DNA of 64,000 bases from Anaerolineae bacterium (lineage in GTDB: Bacteria > Chloroflexota > Anaerolineae > SpSt-600). The stretch is from NCBI GenBank assembly GCA_025062375.1, contig JANXAG010000004.1, positions 10,542-74,541 on the forward strand, read 5' to 3'. Made by a program: the position numbers and the translations under genes. Shown one piece after another: positions 60,471-64,000 of the stretch; within the stretch, counting starts at the first letter, position 1; each line of letters opens with the position of its first letter. The notes below the pieces were generated by a model. That model ran no database searches. It was not told the origin of the DNA and saw only the letters and a list, made by a program, of their open reading frames with translations.

Positions 60471-63083
60471 ATGGAAATAATCCTTACCCACGAGAACGCC
60501 GACTTCGATGCGCTGGCTTCCCTTTTAGCAGCAGCCAAAGTTTATCCTCCAGCTATCCCTGTTCTCCCACACCGCCTCAACCGCAATGTGCGGGAGTTCC
60601 TTTCCCTTTACAGGGATGAGTTACCCTTTTTTTCACCCAAGGATTTGCCCCGCCTCCCTGTAACCAGGGTTATAGTCGTTGATACCCAGAGCTTTGTTTC
60701 CCTTAAAGGGATAAGCCCGCAAACTCACATCCTCTTTATTGACCATCACCCCCTTTCGCGAGAATTGGATGAAAGGATGAGCTACATCGGTGGGGATACA
60801 GGAGCTACCACCACTATCCTGGTGGAAAAGCTCCAGGAAATGAAGGTGGCCATAACTCCCCTTGAGGCTACCCTTTTCCTCCTGGGGATATATGAGGACA
60901 CCGGGTTCCTCTCATATGCCGGCACAACTCCGAGGGATGTCCGATGCGTTGCTTGGCTTCTGGAGCGCGGGGCTGACCTTTCATCCGCCCCTTCTTTCCT
61001 GCGTTACCCCCTTTCGGAAGCGCAGAGGGAATTATACAATAAACTCCTCAACGGCTCTTACCCTTATGAGCTCCACGGTCACTCCATAATTATTTCCATG
61101 GCCCGGGCCCAGGGTTACGTTGAAGAAATTTCAACTCTTGCTCACCTCCTCCGGGACCTTCTGGAACCCGATGCTCTATTCGTCCTGGTGGATATGGGGG
61201 ATAGAATCCAGATGGTAGCCCGCAGTTCGGTGGATAGCGTAGATGCGGGGCTCATAGCCGCCAGGATGGGAGGAGGAGGACATTCCAAAGCTGCTGCGGC
61301 CTTTCTCCAGGGATTAACCCTATCCCAGGCCCGGGATATGCTCCTGGAAATACTCAATTCTTCCATAAAACCTGGAATAACCGTATCCCGCATAATGTCT
61401 TATGGAGTCCACTCCCTTTCCCCGGAAACCACGGTGAATGAAGCCGCTGAAGCTATGAGAAAATACGGCCACGAAGGCTTCCCCGTGGTAGAGGACGGGA
61501 AGGTAGTGGGAATCTTAACCCGCCGCGAAATTGACAAAGCCTTACAGCACGGCCTTGGCCGAAATCCGATAAAGTTCTACATGCATAAAGGGGATGTAAG
61601 TGTCTCTCCTGATGATCCGGTGGAGAAGGTTCAGAAAGTTATGCTTGAACATGGCATAGGCCAGGTGCCAGTGGTATCAGAAGGAAAAGTCATCGGAATT
61701 GTAACCCGAACGGACCTCATAAAGCTCTGGAGCGGAGGCATAGCCACTAAGCCGGCCTCGGAAATCGCCCGAAAGTTGGAAAAAGCCTTACCACCACCCC
61801 TTATGGATATCCTGAAAAAGGCTGGAGAGAAAGCCCATCAGCTCGGCTTCTCGCTCTACATAGTTGGAGGATTTGTGCGGGACCTCCTTTTGGGCATGCC
61901 AACCCTCGATCTGGACCTGGTGGTGGAAGGAGATGCTATAGCTCTGGCCAAAGCCCTGGCCAGGGATTTTGACGGGAGGGTAAGGAGCCACACCCGCTTT
62001 GGGACCGCCAAACTTATAATTGAAAACCCTCAAAAGCTTGCCCTGGGTTACCCACACCACTTGGATTTTACCTCTGCCCGCATTGAGTTCTACGAACACC
62101 CTTCTGCCCTCCCCGAAGTGGAAATGAGCTCTATCAAACAGGACCTTTATCGACGGGATTTTACCATAAATACCCTGGCTATATCCCTGAATCCGGAAAG
62201 GTTTGGTGAACTCTACGACTTCTACGGAGGGCTTAAAGACCTGGAGAGAGGCCTTATTAGAGTGCTCCACAACCTCAGTTTTGTGGAGGATCCAACCCGC
62301 ATCCTGAGGGCCGTGAGGCTTGAGCAACGCCTGGGCTTCCAGATAGAAAGCCGAACCCTGGAACTGGTGGACAACGCCCTGGATCTGCTGGACAAGGTAA
62401 GTGGCGAAAGGATTTACCACGAACTTCGCCTAACCCTTCAGGAAAGCGAGCCCGAGAAAGCTCTAAGGCGCCTTGAGGAAATAAAAGTTCTCAAGAAAAT
62501 CCATCCCGCTCTGGATGGGAACGGATGGATAACTGAGAAGTTCCGAGCCTTGAGGGAGGAAATCCCCATCGCTCAGGAAATAGGCTATGACCTCTCTTCA
62601 CCTTCCCCAAGCCGAAGAGCCCACTATGAGCCTATAGGCGCTCTCTATCTTGCCCTTCTAACTTACAGGATGAGGCCGGAAGATCTGGAAACCCTGATAA
62701 GGCGCCTACATCCTCCCCAAGATGATTCCTCCTTGATGCGGGAGCTTCAAGCCTTCAAGGAAATTCTCAAAGGGCTTTCGGAAGGCGACCTTCCACCCAG
62801 CGCTATCTACAGACTCCTTTCTCCCTACTCCGATAGAGCTCGTTTCCTGGCCCGCCTTCTGACTGATTCCTGGCTTGCGCGCCAACGGCTGGACCTTTAC
62901 CAGCGAAATCTCCGTTTCGTCCGCCCTGAGATAGATGGGCATTATCTCCAAGAAGTAATGAAAATACCTCCAGGGCCTGTTTACCGCAAAATCCTCCTGG
63001 CCCTTAAAGATGCCAGGCTCGACGGCAAAGTCAGTTCTCTTGAAGAAGAAATAGCACTGGTGGAAAAAATCCTGGCCTCCTGA
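60471..63083 (+). CDS. DHH/DHHA1 + CBS pair + CCA-adding tRNA nucleotidyltransferase/polyA-polymerase head-domain fusion protein
   Basis: DHH motifs (HENADFDAL…, DHH at IDHH), GGGH (DHHA1), two CBS domains, Pol-beta NT motif GGFVRDLLLG…DLDLVVEGD. Confidence 0.85.
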   Translation: MEIILTHENADFDALASLLAAAKVYPPAIPVLPHRLNRNVREFLSLYRDELPFFSPKDLPRLPVTRVIVVDTQSFVSLKGISPQTHILFIDHHPLSRELDERMSYIGGDTGATTTILVEKLQEMKVAITPLEATLFLLGIYEDTGFLSYAGTTPRDVRCVAWLLERGADLSSAPSFLRYPLSEAQRELYNKLLNGSYPYELHGHSIIISMARAQGYVEEISTLAHLLRDLLEPDALFVLVDMGDRIQMVARSSVDSVDAGLIAARMGGGGHSKAAAAFLQGLTLSQARDMLLEILNSSIKPGITVSRIMSYGVHSLSPETTVNEAAEAMRKYGHEGFPVVEDGKVVGILTRREIDKALQHGLGRNPIKFYMHKGDVSVSPDDPVEKVQKVMLEHGIGQVPVVSEGKVIGIVTRTDLIKLWSGGIATKPASEIARKLEKALPPPLMDILKKAGEKAHQLGFSLYIVGGFVRDLLLGMPTLDLDLVVEGDAIALAKALARDFDGRVRSHTRFGTAKLIIENPQKLALGYPHHLDFTSARIEFYEHPSALPEVEMSSIKQDLYRRDFTINTLAISLNPERFGELYDFYGGLKDLERGLIRVLHNLSFVEDPTRILRAVRLEQRLGFQIESRTLELVDNALDLLDKVSGERIYHELRLTLQESEPEKALRRLEEIKVLKKIHPALDGNGWITEKFRALREEIPIAQEIGYDLSSPSPSRRAHYEPIGALYLALLTYRMRPEDLETLIRRLHPPQDDSSLMRELQAFKEILKGLSEGDLPPSAIYRLLSPYSDRARFLARLLTDSWLARQRLDLYQRNLRFVRPEIDGHYLQEVMKIPPGPVYRKILLALKDARLDGKVSSLEEEIALVEKILAS

Positions 63084-63090
63084 AAAGCCA

Positions 63091-64000
63091 ATGGTAAACA
63101 GAGGCGCGGTCCTGGCCGTAGGAGATATAAACATTGACATAATCGCCCCCATCCCCTTTTACCCCCATAAAGGAAGAGAAGGGGTCACTGATAGGGCGGA
63201 AATTCACCTGGGAGGATCAGCCACCAATACTGCTGTGGTCTTAGCCCGTTTTGGGGTCAAAACCTACCTCTTAGGGCGAGTGGGGAAAGACCCTTTCGGA
63301 GATTACGCCCTCGCCCTTCTGGAAAGCGCTGGTGTTGATACGGGTCTGGTTCAGAGGGACCCGGAACTTACCACCGGAATAATGTTCATCGTCGTAACCC
63401 CTGATGGGGAAAGGACCATATTCGGCCATAGGGGGGCTAATGTCAACCTATCACCACTCTCCCTGGAAGGCGCAAACCTCAGGGAATTGGGCTGGGTCCA
63501 TATCTCCGGTTACTCTTTCCTTCAGGAGCCGCAGCGTTCAACCGCCTTCAAAATCCTGAAGGAAGCTATGGAGCGGGGGATAAGCGTGAGCCTTGATGTG
63601 GGCATATGCGCGGCCTTCCAGGCTCGTGAGGATGTGGAAAAAGCCCTTCCCGGGCTCAGAGTCCTGCTTATGAGTCAGGAAGAAGCCCACGCCCTTACGG
63701 GTGAGGAGACCCCTGAAAAGGCTATAGAATATGCCTTAAGGCGCGGCGCAAAAAAAGTGGCCATTAAAATGGGAGGTAAAGGCTGCCTTTTGGGGGATGA
63801 GAGCACTATAATGGCCATCAGCTCTTTTCCCGTGAGGGTGGTGGATACAACAGGAGCAGGGGATGCTTTCAACGCTGGGGTAATCCTTGGAGAGCTCCAC
63901 CGCAGGGACCTGGAGGAAAGTGGAGCCATGGGTAACCTTTTAGGGGCCCTGGCATGCACAGTAACAGGCGCCGGAGAACGCCTTCCCGGCCCGGAGGAAG
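63091..64000 (+). CDS. PfkB-family carbohydrate/ribo-kinase (5' partial; runs off the window)
   Basis: ATG at 63091. AVGDINIDI…GGSATNTAV (ribokinase N-terminal GG motif), DTTGAGDAFNAG (PfkB signature 2) near the window end. Confidence 0.7.
   Translation, partial: MVNRGAVLAVGDINIDIIAPIPFYPHKGREGVTDRAEIHLGGSATNTAVVLARFGVKTYLLGRVGKDPFGDYALALLESAGVDTGLVQRDPELTTGIMFIVVTPDGERTIFGHRGANVNLSPLSLEGANLRELGWVHISGYSFLQEPQRSTAFKILKEAMERGISVSLDVGICAAFQAREDVEKALPGLRVLLMSQEEAHALTGEETPEKAIEYALRRGAKKVAIKMGGKGCLLGDESTIMAISSFPVRVVDTTGAGDAFNAGVILGELHRRDLEESGAMGNLLGALACTVTGAGERLPGPEE

Overview
This 64-kb window is a gene-dense chromosomal segment from a moderately GC-rich bacterium, probably a monoderm thermophile. 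The lineage signals are a sortase, a T-box leader, CIRCE/HrcA heat-shock control and several near-consensus sigma-70 promoters (TTGACA/TTGCTT, 17 bp, TATAAT). About 55 protein genes are supported, most of them housekeeping or metabolic. In order: a GT-C glycosyltransferase, a sortase, and a membrane-fused spermidine-synthase-like protein; a 2-oxoacid/acetoin-dehydrogenase-like operon; a DUF1998 DEXH helicase; a cell-envelope glycosylation block (two paralogous GT-C-like membrane proteins, a CPBP protease, a GT4 transferase); a peptidoglycan amidase; MoeA; a TolB-like lipoprotein; a Ser/Thr-kinase/FHA/vWA/J-domain signalling module; an MFS transporter; a CPA antiporter with a PII-like partner; a T-box leader driving an RNase-H-like gene plus ileS; two inverted Uma2 (DUF820) endonuclease paralogs bracketing 11 kb; rpmB (found by hand, absent from the ORF track); RseP; a Dpm1-like GT2; a DapA-like fusion; the hrcA-grpE-dnaK operon with CIRCE; a nitroreductase; rpsU; a DksA/TraR-like protein; a DHH-CBS-CCA enzyme; and a partial PfkB kinase. 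The 11 kb between the Uma2 copies carries a MaoC dehydratase, a YgeW-like transcarbamylase with a carbamate kinase, a 1391-aa hybrid sensor kinase, a YugP peptidase, rlmN and rpe. No CRISPR array, rRNA, tRNA or clear IS/prophage was found. The best candidates for an undescribed system are the 2-oxoacid dehydrogenase operon and the kinase/FHA module. The operon has two diverged E1 alpha/beta pairs, a formamidase-family protein carrying a Cys4 insertion, an AcoX-like protein, a small Lin0512-like protein and a single E2, with no E3. The kinase/FHA module contains an FHA fused to an OmpR-type winged helix. Many long antisense 'shadow' ORFs in the track were rejected.
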